In this document: positions 36,582-49,572 of the stretch, piece after piece
How positions within the stretch are numbered: position 1 is the stretch's first letter
How the letters are laid out: the number at the start of each line of letters is the position of its first letter
NCBI GenBank assembly: GCA_010015805.1
Contig: ML978123.1
Location: 1,984,001 to 2,048,000, forward strand
DNA from: Rhizodiscina lignyota
Taxonomy: Eukaryota
Length of the DNA: 64,000 nt
Direction: 5' to 3'
Notes under the pieces: generated by a model
What the model saw: the letters and a program-made list of their open reading frames with translations, nothing else
Told to the model about the DNA's origin: nothing
The model's database searches: none
Program-made: the position numbers and the translations under genes

Positions 36582-37387
36582 TATGACTCAGTGAGGATTG
36601 TTGCGAGGAGAAAAGATGGAATTGAGCGTTTTATGAGTCGAATTGGGTGCTTGGAGAATCGAATGACTACTATTTCCTCGAGCAATTTAAGCTGAAGCAG
36701 AGAACTATGAGATGACGTCGAACGAAGCTCAATTGGTGGAAACTGAGACGTAAAAGGGAGATTATAAGAAACCTTGGTCATGCAAGAAGAGAGAGCAAAC
36801 ATATTATACCATCTCAAATACACCGTCATTTCCTCGTTCCCAACATCTACACAATCCAGTATTGGTTAACTTAATGAGGCATGACAGGGCTCAGAGCGCA
36901 GCTCACAACCGCCCAGAGATTTAGCGCATTACGAGCGAGACTCTGCTCCAGTAGTGTTTCGCGCACAATCGGGAGCGCGAGGTGAAAGGATGAGGATGTT
37001 CTCAGCTTCCTCGTCTATGTCGATTAGAGCGGTTGGAGGTCGGCTGGGAATAAATCGGTCTTAGGCAAGGCGACCCCGGACGGAGTTCGTTAAGGTGCAG
37101 ATGTGGGGTTGGCGAATCATGCAGCTCGAATATCTCAGAACAGGGAGCTCAGATGTACGACACGAGAGTCTTGCGAGAAATTCGTGATTCCTTATGAGGA
37201 ATATGGTGGAGTTCATGATTCTCATGTGTCCAAATGCCCGGATACACCACCCAATGCCGCCAGACTCAAAAGAGCCGATGCCAAAACCGTCCTTTCCGAG
37301 CTGAACTCCGTCCCGTATGATCCCTAACGTAATTGATCAAACCAATCTACACGCCATTTCATAGAGCATGATCATCTTGGCCCCGAT

Positions 37388-37809
37388 TCAAGTGACTTGG
37401 CAGAGCAGCTCGGCCTCGAGAATGAACTTGCCCTCCTTGTATTTCTCCGACGCTTCGTACGCCTTGTCGTACTTCCAGCCAACCGTGTCCCCGCACTGCT
37501 TACACGCAATATCCCGAACGATGTGGCGGCCCGTTGTCATGTTGCGCTCGCCTGGCTGGCCCTCGCTGATGTTGACGACGCTGTCGAAGAGATATGCTTT
37601 GCCATGCTGGCCGCGGAAGTTCTTGAAAATCTAAGTATCAGCCTTAAATCCTCAAAGGGTCCCAGGGGAAGCATAGAAGACTAGCTGCGTAGAGGCAAGG
37701 CTGTACTCACTCGGCTGATGATGTCGTCCTGGTTGGCGAGGTGAGTCTTGCAGCTCTTACAGCCGTAGATCTTGTTGGAGTTGAGGTAGACGTTGTATGC
37801 GAGACCCAT
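37388..37809 (-). CDS. MOH1: Yippee/Mis18-like zinc-binding protein (Moh1/YPEL); one intron ~37631-37710; absent from the ORF track
   Basis: Manual translation: MGLAYNVYLNSNKIYGCKSCKTHLANQDDIISR|NFRGQHGKAYLF...MTTGRHIVRDIACKQCGDTVGWKYDKAYEASEKYKEGKFILEAELL. Confidence 0.94.
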
Positions 37810-38837
37810 AGCGGCGGCTTAGGCAGGAGTAGAGCCGCTCGCTTGGGTGGATGTTGTTGTAGTTGGAGGTGCTCAGCCTATATCTGGACTCTTCTGCGTC
37901 GTTGTGCTCTGCGTGGGGGTTCAGGAGAGGACTCCTCAGAGGCTGGTCGTGGACCTTGGCTGCGACGTTGAACGCTATAGCAGAAACAGTAGCGTGAACA
38001 CTGCTCGGGGAGGAGTTTTAGAGCGTGATATCTATCAGGCTTGCTTCCAAGGGGCCTGTATGTGGATGGTACAGGTTGCCTGGAAGCGGGGAGCAGTCAG
38101 GCGGCGGCCGTAGAGATCAGAAGGCGCGTTACGAGAGGTCAGCGGGCCGAGAGCAGTGAATTGGGCGTGCGAAGCTCCTTGAGAGCCTTCTGAAGTCCCA
38201 GTGTAGTGATTGTGAGCTTGTAGCACGTCCTGTAGGGACCACAGCTGCATGAGCTGGAGGGGTTCCCTTTGATGTCCAAGCGTACTAGTATGACGGAGGC
38301 GGCACTGGGCCGTCGTCACGTGGAATCTTGCAGGCAATTGGCGTATTGAAAAGAGAATGGCATATTTTGAAGACTCTCGCTCGAAGTCACGGAATCAGAT
38401 CTCTCTCGACGCGAACGTCTGGAGAAGCAGCTGCCACAGTCGTTGGGCGCGCGCTAACGCTTCTATCGCGCTGTCAATGGTCAGGGAGAGGCAGTGGGTG
38501 GAGCCAATCATCTAGATGGCCCGTCGAATCTTCTAGCGACTTTTGTTGCACGCATCCTCGTTGTTTCTCGTGCCCAAGCGTCTTTCAGTAACCCGACCAG
38601 GAGCTGCCGCTGCGCCTAAGAATTCCTACACTCGAAACCCCATCGTCACGGCGAGCCAGCACACCTCGTTCTTGCAGGAGCGTAGCACCGGAGAAGGGCC
38701 GCACTCCCACCACAGAGCCGGTACACTTAGTCTTGGATGCTAGTGTAACCAGCGCCGCTTCCCGCTTGAGTAATCCCCGTCCACTCGTGCTCCCGTGCCC
38801 GAACAGTCGAAGAAGAGTCGGAAAGGCACAAACGCAA

Positions 38838-40921
38838 ATGAACATCTTTCAAAAGACACGTAAGAAGTCGTCGCAGAGCACCAGTCCCACCAAGCCCGAC
38901 CCTGCCGCACCGCAGCGGCCTTCTCGCCCTTCCTCGCCTCCGCCAACGTCTCCCGACAAAAGTTCCCCCACCAAAGACCGCGACAGAGGCAGGCGTTCGC
39001 CCACTAAGCGCACCAGCAAGAAGCCGCATCACGAGACCGACCATCCATTGAATCTCCCGCCCGAGCAGCGGAAACGCCTGTCGAAGATGTCCGCCATGAG
39101 CGACTCCCAGCCGCAGCCGATGGATTTGGATCGTGAGCAGACGGCCTCGCCATCAGCAACACCAGCAAGTCCTCCTCCACCTCCAGGCTCTTTTCCGCAG
39201 ACAAACGGCGTCAATGGCACACACGCCAAGGAGGAGAGGCCGCCAACGCCACCCCTTCATCGCACGCCCACAGGCCCAAATCTGGAAGATGCAGAATCGC
39301 ACAAGGCTGCAGGTAATAAATTTTTCAAGGCGAAGCAATATGACAAGGCCATTGAGGAGTATACAAAAGGTGAGAATCTGCAGATCGAAATTTCTGTGAT
39401 AAGTTTAGTAACGCCCTCCAGCAATCGACATCAATCCACAATCCTCCACCTACCGCTCCAATCGTGCTGCGGCCTACATGTCCGCAAACCGCTACTCTGA
39501 AGCTCTCGAAGATGCCAAAGTTGCAGACGAGTTAGAGCCAAACTCTGCCAAAATCCTCCTCCGCCTTGCCCGCATTTACACCTCCCTCGGCCGGCCACAG
39601 GAAGCGTTGGACGTTTATTCACGAATTGATCCGCCCGTGTCTGCAAAGGACATGCAACCGGCGACGACGATGATGCAACACATCAAGCTGGCAGAGGATC
39701 AATTAAGAGATGGGACGAGCGGAAGCATGGTGATACATGCGTTGGACCAAGCAGAGCGAGGCCTGGGAAGTGGCGTGGATAGGCCAAGGAAGTGGAGACT
39801 GATGCGTGGAGAGGCGTATCTGAAAATGGGAAATGTAAATGCGTTAGGAGACGCACAAACCGTTGCGATGGGCTTGCTGCGAAATAACAACCAGGATCCA
39901 GAGGCATTGGTCCTACGAGGACGAGCTCTATATGCTCAAGGCGAGAACGACAAGGCACTCCAGCATTTCCGACAAGCGCTGAGCTGCGATCCCGACTTTA
40001 AAGACGCTGTGAAGTACCTGCGGATGGTGCAGAAGTTGAGTCGTATGAAAGAGGAGGGAAATGATCATTTCAAACGGGGACGATATGAAGAGGCTATTGA
40101 TGTTTACACGGAGGCGCTGGAAGTCGACCCCACTAACAAAGGGACGAATTCGAAGATTCTTCTGAACCGAGCACTATGTTACCTCAAAAAGAACGACTCG
40201 AAATCCGCGCTTGCTGATTCCACTCGTGCCATTGAACTGGACCCCTCCTACGTCAAAGCCCGCAAGACGCGTGCCAAAGCATTGGGCGAGAGCGGCGACT
40301 GGGAAGAAGCAATTCGCGAGTACAAGGCCGTGCAAGAGCAGCACCCCGAGGAGCCAGGTCTAGCAAAAGATATCAGACATGCCGAGCTGGAGCTGAAGAA
40401 GAGCAAGAGAAAGGATTATTACAAGATCCTGGGAGTAGATAAGAACGCCGATGATAACGAGATCAAGAAGGCATATCGCAAGCTGGCCATTGTCCACCAC
40501 CCAGACAAGAACCCGGGCGACGAGGCTGCAGCAGAGCGCTTCAAGGATGTTGGAGAGGCTTACGAGACGCTGAGTGATCCTCAGTATGTCTATCTTCCGT
40601 TCAAAATGAACTCTGTTAGAGATCGCTAACGTAATTCTTAGGAAGCGCGCACGCTACGACAGTGGTGAAGACCTGCTCGATCCCGCAGACATGTTCGGTG
40701 GTGGTATGGGTGGATTTGGTGGCGGCATGGGTGGTGTTCAGATCGACCCATCCATGCTCTTCAACATGATGCATGGTGGAGGCGGTGGTGGCTTCTCTTC
40801 CTTCTCTGGGGGTGGAAGTCCGTTCGGCGGCATGGATGGCATGGGTGGGGGAAATCCGTTTGGTGGCATGCCTGGTGGTATGCCAGGCGGACGATCGAGA
40901 GGACGAGGTTACCCATTCTAA
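38838..40921 (+). CDS. TPR-repeat J-domain co-chaperone (DNAJC7/Tpr2-like); introns 39370-39421 and ~40585-40641
   Basis: TPR repeats ([44 protein letters not shown]), J-domain KDYYKILG...HHPDKN and a G/M/F-rich tail. Confidence 0.94.
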
Positions 40922-42165
40922 GAGACTCGAAGGAGCAAGCAAAAGTTGTTCGTCATCGTGAAAAAGTCCCTAATATCAGGGAAGGATACGGCCATCGATT
41001 TTCACCTTGAGCGTATGTGTTCAATCCGTCTAGTAGCGTTCCGCCGATCACTTTGAGTTTGGATGCACTTGCTGGCGGATAGACGGTGTGTTATGATACC
41101 TTCATTGCATCTAGACTCTTTCCTGGTCCTGCGATGTAGCATTTCTTAGGCGCTTGGGTTCCGTTCTCTTTCCTTCTAGACTAGGGGCTTGGCGATCGTG
41201 CTGCGCAAGCAGTGGAATGATAATGTCGTGTACGTACAGGTATCACTCTCCTTCCCGTAGTTGAAATGGGAGGGGCTCTCGAGAGACTGCTTTAGTGCTC
41301 GAAATCTTTTACGATTGCGTTTGTGACTACCACGCGGAAGAGATAATCTACAAGTCCAGCTTGGGACATGAGCAATCAGACGCTGTCGACGCGCTCTAGG
41401 TCTTCTCCTGAAATCCGGGACGACCAACACTTTTTATATCAACTTCGTTTCCCTTTTCTCGGCACGCAACATTCGATCAATTTCTTCAGCCAGCACAACA
41501 TAGAGCTGGTGAAGATGAGCATTCTGTTTGGACACAGATAACAGCCTTACACATGGATGAAGTTCCACATGACGTTCCGCTGGTATTGGAAAGCAAAATC
41601 ATCGGTCTCAAGCGTGTGCACTTGGCGGGCACTAGAATATGGAGTGGCAACTCATTGCAAAACGTCAACTTAAAATAGTGTCGGTATCATTGAAACCAGA
41701 CGTTCAATCGGTTGAAAAAGTGTAAATTGATTTCTGTGATCATTCCACAGATGGAAAAAAGCTAATGTTTCTGTACTTTACATGTCATGACGGTCCATTA
41801 CGCATCTACCCATCCCTCTTCAACTAGTACCATCTCAATTCGCTTCGGACTCCATCGACCCGAGCCGCAGGTGTAGTGTAGCTTTAACTCCTCCGTTTTT
41901 CATAAGCTTCCAAAACTGGTGGGTGCTCCGGGTAAGGATAGACGACCCGATCTTCCTCTCCTCTATGCGCAGTCTCTCTACACCTCATATGATGTGCTGA
42001 AGGACAGGATTCCTTCTCACTGAGGCGTTGTTGAAGCCGTACGAGAGACACCCTGAAGGCAGGCAAGTTCTATGCTGCCTTTTCACCTCTCAGTACATGG
42101 AAGCTAATACATAGCTCAAACACTTGAGCTAGTCTTCCTCATTGCTTTGCGGATCCTCTTTCTAT

Positions 42166-43121
42166 TCAGAGCAATGCGGGTTTGCTGGGCCCTGGTACTC
42201 CGGCAGCCATACATAGGCCGCGAAGAATGTCTTTGCTCGTGGAGTAGATTATGACCGCCGGGAAGACCAGCCAGAGGCCGCTGTTTATGTGTCAACCATG
42301 CCGTTCTACTTCGAATACTCTCATCAAGAAGACTTACTTTGGCACAATCCACAGCGAGAAGAGGGTCCACAAGGAGTTGTGCCCAATATGGGCATAGCCA
42401 TTGAAGTATTCAATCAACCCTGGCATTACCGCCCATTAGCACACATGCATGAACAACAAGGAAGGACCGAAAACTCACAATACAGCACCGTCTTGGACAG
42501 AGTAACCCAGCTCGCCACGCAAAGCACTAAAACCATCTGCGCCCCATGCAAACCCTCGATCCTCCTCTTCTCAAACAGAAAGAATTTGCTCCCCTTCGCC
42601 GCGGCCGTCACCCCATTCCCTCTCGCTTTCGGCCTCCCCTCATCCACGCCATACCGCCACACCATCCAGACGTACCAAACATACGCCGCCGTCTCGAGCG
42701 CGTTCAGCGCGCCCTGCGCGCTCGGGAAGCCGTCGTTGGCATTGAACGCCGGCCAGCCGTACACGTAGTCGACGGTGGTGTACAGCGCGTACGGCTTCCA
42801 GATCGGCTCGTGCATCCAGCCGCCCGGCATGGTCCACGGCCGGAGGAGGATGTAGAACGTGTCCCAGATCACGAGCGGGATCGCGACGCCCAGCCATATC
42901 AGCGTCAGGCGCGTCGGCGTGTGAGACCAGTATTTCGAGGAGCCGGAGCTGGATGATGGCCGCGGCGCAGATTGGTTCTGCGACCTGTTCCTGAGTTGGC
43001 CGTTTGCGCTGCCATCGTCAGTTGGAGAGGAGGTCGGCGACATGCTCGCGTGAGACTTTGTCGGCGAGGCGCCGAGCGCGGGGGGAGGGAAGTTCTTTGG
43101 ATGGTTGCGCGTCGACACCAT
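42166..43121 (-). CDS. EXPERA/emopamil-binding-protein-like membrane protein; 2 introns
   Basis: WSHTPTRLTLIWL..PLVIWD.FYILLRP..MPGG, WKPYALY..VDYVYG, TLSKTVLY|WLIEYF and LWIVPN|GLWLVFP. Confidence 0.8.
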
Positions 43122-43520
43122 TACTTTAGGCCTGTGGAATAATTTGTAGAAGCTCAATTGCGCGGGAAGAGTAAGACAGAATGAGAAAATGAGAAAGCAG
43201 AGTAGAGAGATGGGGTTGTTTTTGAATTCGTTCCATTCCACGCTAATACGCGGAAGTTCGTGTTCCTGCAGGCCATGCTGAGATGATCCATCGTCAAACA
43301 ATGCTGAAACCGACGAAAGCGACTGCGCCGTCACATTTGCCGCTCGCTTTCTCAGCGGATTTTCGAAAAGCCCGATGGTCGGGGTAGGAGGCGAAGCACG
43401 TTAGTAGAATGATATACGTACGATACGAAGCCACTGTTGCATGCACTCACAATTCAGGATCTTGTTGTCAAGGATTCATAATTATGTTTATATAGACATT
43501 AAGTACAGCTCTCGAGGTCT

Positions 43521-46500
43521 CTAATCTCTCATCGGAGCGAAAAAATACACAGATGCGAGCGCCGAGCTGGTAGACAGATGTACCAGCACCAGCCACGCGC
43601 AGATGCCATTAACAAAGTGGTGCAGCTGGTACGCGTAGCTGACGCCGAACACAGCCGCCCACATCGCGAGCACGAAAAAGGCGCAATTAGTGACGTAGGT
43701 GAGCTTGCTGCCGCTCAGCCTCGGCACCATCCTCCCCGTACTCAGCGTCTCAACCAGCAAGATGTACGGCATGATGGAGAGGATGTTGTGGTGCGAGGAA
43801 AACGGCGTGAGCCAATGCACGGCCAGGTTGCGTATCCAGACGACCAGGACCGGCATGTTGATGGGCAGGATCCAGAGCATGAGGACGAGCAAGCTGTGTG
43901 CGTAGTTGTAGAAGTTGTAGTTGGTGTCCGAATTAGTGTCTAGGGTGAGGCGCCACGCCCGGACGCACGTGGCAAGTTGGACGATGCAGAGGACGAGGTA
44001 GGCGAATTGGTATGGTATTACGGTAGAGACGAGCAGGAGGAGAATGCTCGTTGTGATTATGCGTTGCCGGGTCGTGGTGACGGCAAAGGCAGCGGGAGTG
44101 CGGCGGGCTTCCTCGCTGCGGAGAGGAAGAGATCTTAAGCGGCCGTACAAGACGGCAAAGATGTTGGTGATGACCAGAATGAACCAGTTGGCGAGGGTGC
44201 AAATGCCGAAGCAAATTAAGCCAAACGTGGGTATGAGGAACCAGAAGAACGCGTCCGGGCTTCCGAGAAGAAGATCATTCTTGGTGTAGTCGATTATTGT
44301 TTCCGTGGCATTGCTTTGTCGGATTAATGATGACTGCGGTACAGGAGAGGATGCTTGGCTGGCTCTCGCCAGTGATACGGCCAAACAAGTAAGAGCAAGC
44401 ACGGCAACAGCGAGCGATCTGTGCAGACATTGATTCATGCCTTCGGAGAAGCTCATGAAGACTCCTGCGTGTATGTTAGTTTTATTCCATCATGCTTGAA
44501 TGTGATAGACAAACCAGTTTGATCATACACCTGGAACTGCTTTCGCAGGACCAGAGCAACGACGAGCAAAGGCAGAGCAGCGAATAGCGTGCGGTATCGC
44601 ATCCACAGCTTACCCATGCTGCCCATAATGTCGACGTGCAGAGTGATATCCAAAGGACTTTCGCAAGTTGGGTCAGTCCAGAATTGAAGAGACAGCCCGT
44701 TCGTTGGGGATTTGCCACGAAACGAAGGTGGCATGTACGGAGCAACACCGTGGAGACTAATGTCCGCATCCTTGACATTGACGAAGAACCGAGACTCGTA
44801 CACATCTGTGATGTATTGGCGCAGAAGCGGCTGAAACAGCTCCCTCTTCTTGCCACAGCCATGGCTGGCCAGGTTGAGCTTGTATGCCAACAGACTCGAG
44901 TGCAGAGCGGGCAACTTGATATCCATCGAAATCGGCCGGGAAGCTGGGAGCTTCAATTGCATGCCAGAGGTAAGCAGTCTCTGCAGATCCAGGTTTGTTC
45001 GAACCGTGCTCTCCGACACTGCGCTGAACTCGGCAATTACAAAGCCTTCTGTGTTCGTGGTAGCCTTGTCGACAACTGCAACGAATTGATGCTCAGACAG
45101 CATCTCCAAGTCATACTGTAGGTACGAAAACGGCTGCGTCTCCTCGAAGGGGAATTGTGAGTTGCTCTTGGAAGCTGGGAGCGTAACCAGATCAGGCATT
45201 GCGCTTTTACACGCAAGCCTGGTTGACCCAGAGCGGTCGCCAGAGAGATCCATGTCCATGGAAAACAGAGCAGCAGACTGACCCGACTGGGGCGGGAAAA
45301 CGCTGCAGAACATTACATCAATGGTTGCATCATTCTGGTCGCTGAGGAGTGTAAATCTCCTCTTCTCGGCTCCCCCATGAGGTGGTAGAGGCATAAGATA
45401 TGCTTTTGGCTTGTCTTCATGTCCCAGCATCCGCACCGTCAAACGCTCCCCCTGGGCCAGAATTGCATTGTCACTGTCCTCCACGATCAACAGAGTCTTC
45501 GGCTCCTCGTGTGGTAGCACCCTTTCTGCCACATCCTCTAATCCGGTCAAGAACCATTTCTTGAATGTGCGCATTCTCTCAGCGCGGCGACGAGTCTGGC
45601 CTGGCTGGTTCACATCAACCACTTCGTAGAGAGCATGGATGACACTCTTGCGAAGTTGATCGCACCACGTGATTGCCAAATGGTCCATTCCTGTCCAGAC
45701 ATTTGGAATTGTAGACGTAAACACCGTGAAGCCATGTGTTTCCGGTACAAGAGACGCAATGCTTGAATAGTCGGAAGGAACGATAGTATCCAAACCGCCC
45801 CCTGCAATTGATATCAGGGTGACATGCCAAAGTGGATTTTCATTTCCCCACTGCTTCGAGTACGAACTTCGCCAGTACTCGTTGATCTCCTTGTACGTAT
45901 TAACTATATCGGCATCGAAGGAGACGGGCGGTCGAGCGTGTGGGGCGGACAATGTTATCATCGTATTGATGGTGTTCGCTTGGTAATTCGGCATCGTGAG
46001 CATCGTCCGCGCAACAACTCCACCCATGGAATGACCGATAAGAATGACTGAGCTCGGATCTGGCAGAGTGGGGTCCCGCAATGAACGAGTAGGGTTATGA
46101 TACATGGAGAGAATGTATGCAACCGCGTCATTGAGGTACTCGGCCTGGTCCAGCAAAGTTTGGCCATGGAATGCCGTGATATCCTCGTTGAAGTCGACTG
46201 TGAAGATGTCGAAAGGTAGCTTTGCTGCTCGTTCAGCCTCCGGCCTTGTGCTAATATGACTCTGGTAATACCACGCAGCCTCTGAAGCAAGAGATCTTGC
46301 TTGCTTGTAACTCCCTGCATTCCCCGGGATGAAGAGGACGGGTACACCTTTCACTCTCGCATCCTCATCTACTCCCACCTCCCGATAGAGGTGGAGATTG
46401 TATTTGGTAGCGAACCGTGTATGCTCCGTATCGAAGTCTGAAAAGTGAACGAACGAGCTGCGCATGTATGACATGCGGCAGCCTTTAGGGTCGAGTTGTC

Positions 46501-46903
46501 GAGTCATGAAAGACCGAATGATCGTGAGGAGGAGAATTGAGGCAAGCACCACGGCCGACAAGGTCAGCAGCGTGGTAGACCATGGATTTCGCATACTGTT
46601 TCTCCGGCGTATATCTGTTTCCTTTGAACTTCCCCGGTTGAGCTCCTTTCCCAGGAGCGCCATGTCGCCCAACTCCTTTCCTGAAGCTCCATTTGCGCTT
46701 TTTGGCCATGCGCTCTTCGACGGAGGCGTTGCCGTCCCATCTGTATCGCGGCTCGCCTCCATACTCGTTCTATGCTTCGTGCTCTCGGATCGGGCTATAG
46801 TGCGGTTGCTTTTCTCGCCATCTTCATACGGTGACGCGGCATGAGACGTAGTTGGTATGCTGTCCTCCTCTTCTTCGGAAGATCCCGAAGGCCTTCTTCG
46901 CAT
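43521..46903 (-). CDS. BST1: GPI inositol-deacylase (PGAP1 family); intron ~44466-44515
   Basis: PVLFIPGNAGSYKQ.RS, FTVDFNED.TAFHG, GHSMGG nucleophile and MDHLAITWCDQ, followed by a multi-TM C-terminus. Confidence 0.95.
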
Positions 46904-47676
46904 TTAAGCAGAAGGGACTTCGAGCGAGAGGCACGTCGGGTCAGGAAATTGTGTACTCTGGTAGCTTGGTGGTTGGCAATGGCAAAAAGCTTGTTGCTTG
47001 GTCCGCGGCCGGCGGGAGTTCTATACGCCAAGGATTTCTGATGATTAGCAACAGGAGCGAGTGAGTGGCAGGGACGGTCCCCGTTAACGATAGACGGTAT
47101 TAGGCGGTTTCAACGAGCAGTGTTTCAGCGGCTCTCGCGCAACATCTCAACGAGCGAAGAGGGAAGAGCAGAGCTCAAGAGGCTCCGAGGAGCAGCTCCC
47201 GTCATGGAGAAGAGGGGCTTGGCATGCAGAGCGCGATCCCAAAACGACGAGAAATGCAACCGTCCGTGCCGCTGCTTGGATGACAGCCTGCAAACCCTGC
47301 CAGCGCCTACTGCTTTTAACCGCATGCCCCATCACCCCCGAGCGGCCGCCAGGCCAAAATCAAGAATGGCCTCCTCATTTCATCGCCCGAACCGAAGACC
47401 TGGTGACCGCCGTTGGCAGAATTCGCCAGGCATTCCAGCAAGTATCAGCAAGTCTCGCTGCACGCTAAGCCGCAATTGGCTCGAGATTGTGAAGAAGTTG
47501 AACAACCGCAAGATCCATCCCCAGACGCCGATGGACTGTGCTTCTCCAGCCACCCGGACACGCCAGTGGCAGTAGCTCAACGGACTTCGGGCGAACCTCA
47601 TGATTTCTGATCTCATCATTTTGATTGACCTGCCGTCTTTGTCTGGCTATTTGAGTGCTCTATGTACAATGCTCAT

Positions 47677-49572
47677 TTACTGCTTGTTGCTACGTGCCTT
47701 CGAAGCCGCCTTCTTGAACCTCCCTCGCGCTCCGAATTGGATCTTTGTGATCATATCTGCCGCGCTTCCCTTGCTCAGCTCTCCGTATTCTAGCTTACTA
47801 TCTTCCTCGCGGAACTTGTTTAGAAAATCGACCTGCTTATCCGTCGCCGGAGCTTTCCTCCAGTATGCCCGAGTCAGGGCAAACTGTCTCTCGAATGCAA
47901 AGTCCGCACACGTGTCCGCAGCTTTCACCGCATCGCTAAACGTTTCTGCACGCGCTATCTGTCGCGGCTTCATGTATGGACTCTTGGCTCGCGCTTGTGC
48001 CGGAATCTTTTGCAAGTACCGGACAGAGTATGCCGCTGGGCCCTCAGCGTCGGGTTCAATGATAATGTAGTCGCCATCACGATTGACAAGGACGAACCGC
48101 CCATCTCCGACATTCACCCATGCGTATAGGCTCATGCCTCGAATATGTCGCTCAACCGAGGTATCAGCTATCAGATCGTGAATGGTATCGTAAGTGGTGA
48201 AATCGAGTGAGCCTTCGAAACGTCCAGCAACTGCAACCTCAGCTGCTCGTTCGAGTTCCTCTTCTCGCTCTCTGCGGGACTTTAATTCCCTCATCTTTTC
48301 AACATCTGCCTCCTCGACGAGCTCATCAGGATTCAGGCCGAAGAGTGTTGGTGTTGTTACGATGCCAGTCTTCAGAGTCGAGACCATATCGATGACCAGG
48401 CAGTCTTTCTTTCCCGGAGACTGTCGAACGCCTCGACCAATCATCTGGATCAGCAGATTCTGCGACTTGGTGGGACGAGCCAGAAGCACACAGTCAATAT
48501 TCGGGATATCCGTCCCTTCTGTAAATATACCACAGTTCAGCAAGACCGGAATTTCTCCCCTCTTAAACATATCCAGCCGCTCTGTTCTTGTCTGTCGTGC
48601 CGTATCGCTGGTGACGTACTCAGCATGTATCCTATGCGCTCTGAACATCGCAGTCAAACTCGTAACGTGTGCTTTGTCGACACAGAAGACGAGAGTGGAT
48701 TTTCTCTCCCCAACACGATGCTTCCAGGCCTGTACAATGATTTCGTTGGCTTCGTTCGTATTAACGGCCTCGGAAAGTGACCCGATTTGAAAATCGCCAC
48801 CAGAAGTTCGAACGCGTCTCAGGTCCACATTTGACTGGACAGTCGTGAACACAAGATCAGCAAGCCAGCCAGAGTCGATCATGTCAATGTAGTCTTTGTG
48901 GTAGACGATGTGATCAATAGCAGCGCCTAGGGCAACCCCATCGTTCCTTGAAAAGGTCGCAGATACTCCGACCAGTACAGGAGCGTGGTCCTCGAGAGGG
49001 CGAAGTCCAAAGTATTCCAGAACCTTAAGATACTGTGGAGCCACGATGTGATGTGCTTCGTCGACTAGAATGAGCTTGAAGCGGTGAGGGTCGAACTTGC
49101 TTATGCGATCGCCCGACATGATGCTTTGGATGCTTGCGATAGAAATATCTGCGGCGCCGCTCGCATGGTTATTACCCATCTCCACCTCGATAGATTTGGA
49201 TGGGTAAGCCAAAGTACAATGGCGAGCAGCCTGCTCGACCAACTCTCGTCGGTGAACGAGTATGAGTGTCTGAGTAGCATTTTGGTTAGGAGGCTCGATC
49301 CGGTCGATTAGCTGGGTAAAGATGATCGTCTTGCCGCTGCCCGTCGCAAGAGATATCCCAAGACGCCTGTGGCCATGCCGGACATAGTCGAGAACGGACT
49401 GAATACTCTGCTCTTGGTAGTCTCGTAGCCGGATTACCGGAGGTTGCTGGAGTCCCGATGCTGAGGATGCTGCTGCTGTGAAAGTGGCGAGAGAACGTTG
49501 TCTCAATGGTAGTCGAAACGTTCGCTGTAATTGTCGTTGCAAGAGTCTCTGCGCAGCGGGAACAAAGAGCAT
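47677..49572 (-). CDS. IRC3: Mitochondrial SF2 helicase Irc3-like; single exon
   Basis: Arg/Leu-rich presequence-like N-terminus, LRDYQ, SLATGSGKT, VDEAHH, SAT, FTEGTDIPNID and QMIGRG. Confidence 0.88.
   Translation of the reverse strand: MLFVPAAQRLLQRQLQRTFRLPLRQRSLATFTAAASSASGLQQPPVIRLRDYQEQSIQSVLDYVRHGHRRLGISLATGSGKTIIFTQLIDRIEPPNQNATQTLILVHRRELVEQAARHCTLAYPSKSIEVEMGNNHASGAADISIASIQSIMSGDRISKFDPHRFKLILVDEAHHIVAPQYLKVLEYFGLRPLEDHAPVLVGVSATFSRNDGVALGAAIDHIVYHKDYIDMIDSGWLADLVFTTVQSNVDLRRVRTSGGDFQIGSLSEAVNTNEANEIIVQAWKHRVGERKSTLVFCVDKAHVTSLTAMFRAHRIHAEYVTSDTARQTRTERLDMFKRGEIPVLLNCGIFTEGTDIPNIDCVLLARPTKSQNLLIQMIGRGVRQSPGKKDCLVIDMVSTLKTGIVTTPTLFGLNPDELVEEADVEKMRELKSRREREEELERAAEVAVAGRFEGSLDFTTYDTIHDLIADTSVERHIRGMSLYAWVNVGDGRFVLVNRDGDYIIIEPDAEGPAAYSVRYLQKIPAQARAKSPYMKPRQIARAETFSDAVKAADTCADFAFERQFALTRAYWRKAPATDKQVDFLNKFREEDSKLEYGELSKGSAADMITKIQFGARGRFKKAASKARSNKQ

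Noticed and set aside
47120..47620. Several 60-150 aa ORFs between BST1 and IRC3
   Set aside because: No motif or consistent splice model; likely BST1 promoter and IRC3 3' UTR.
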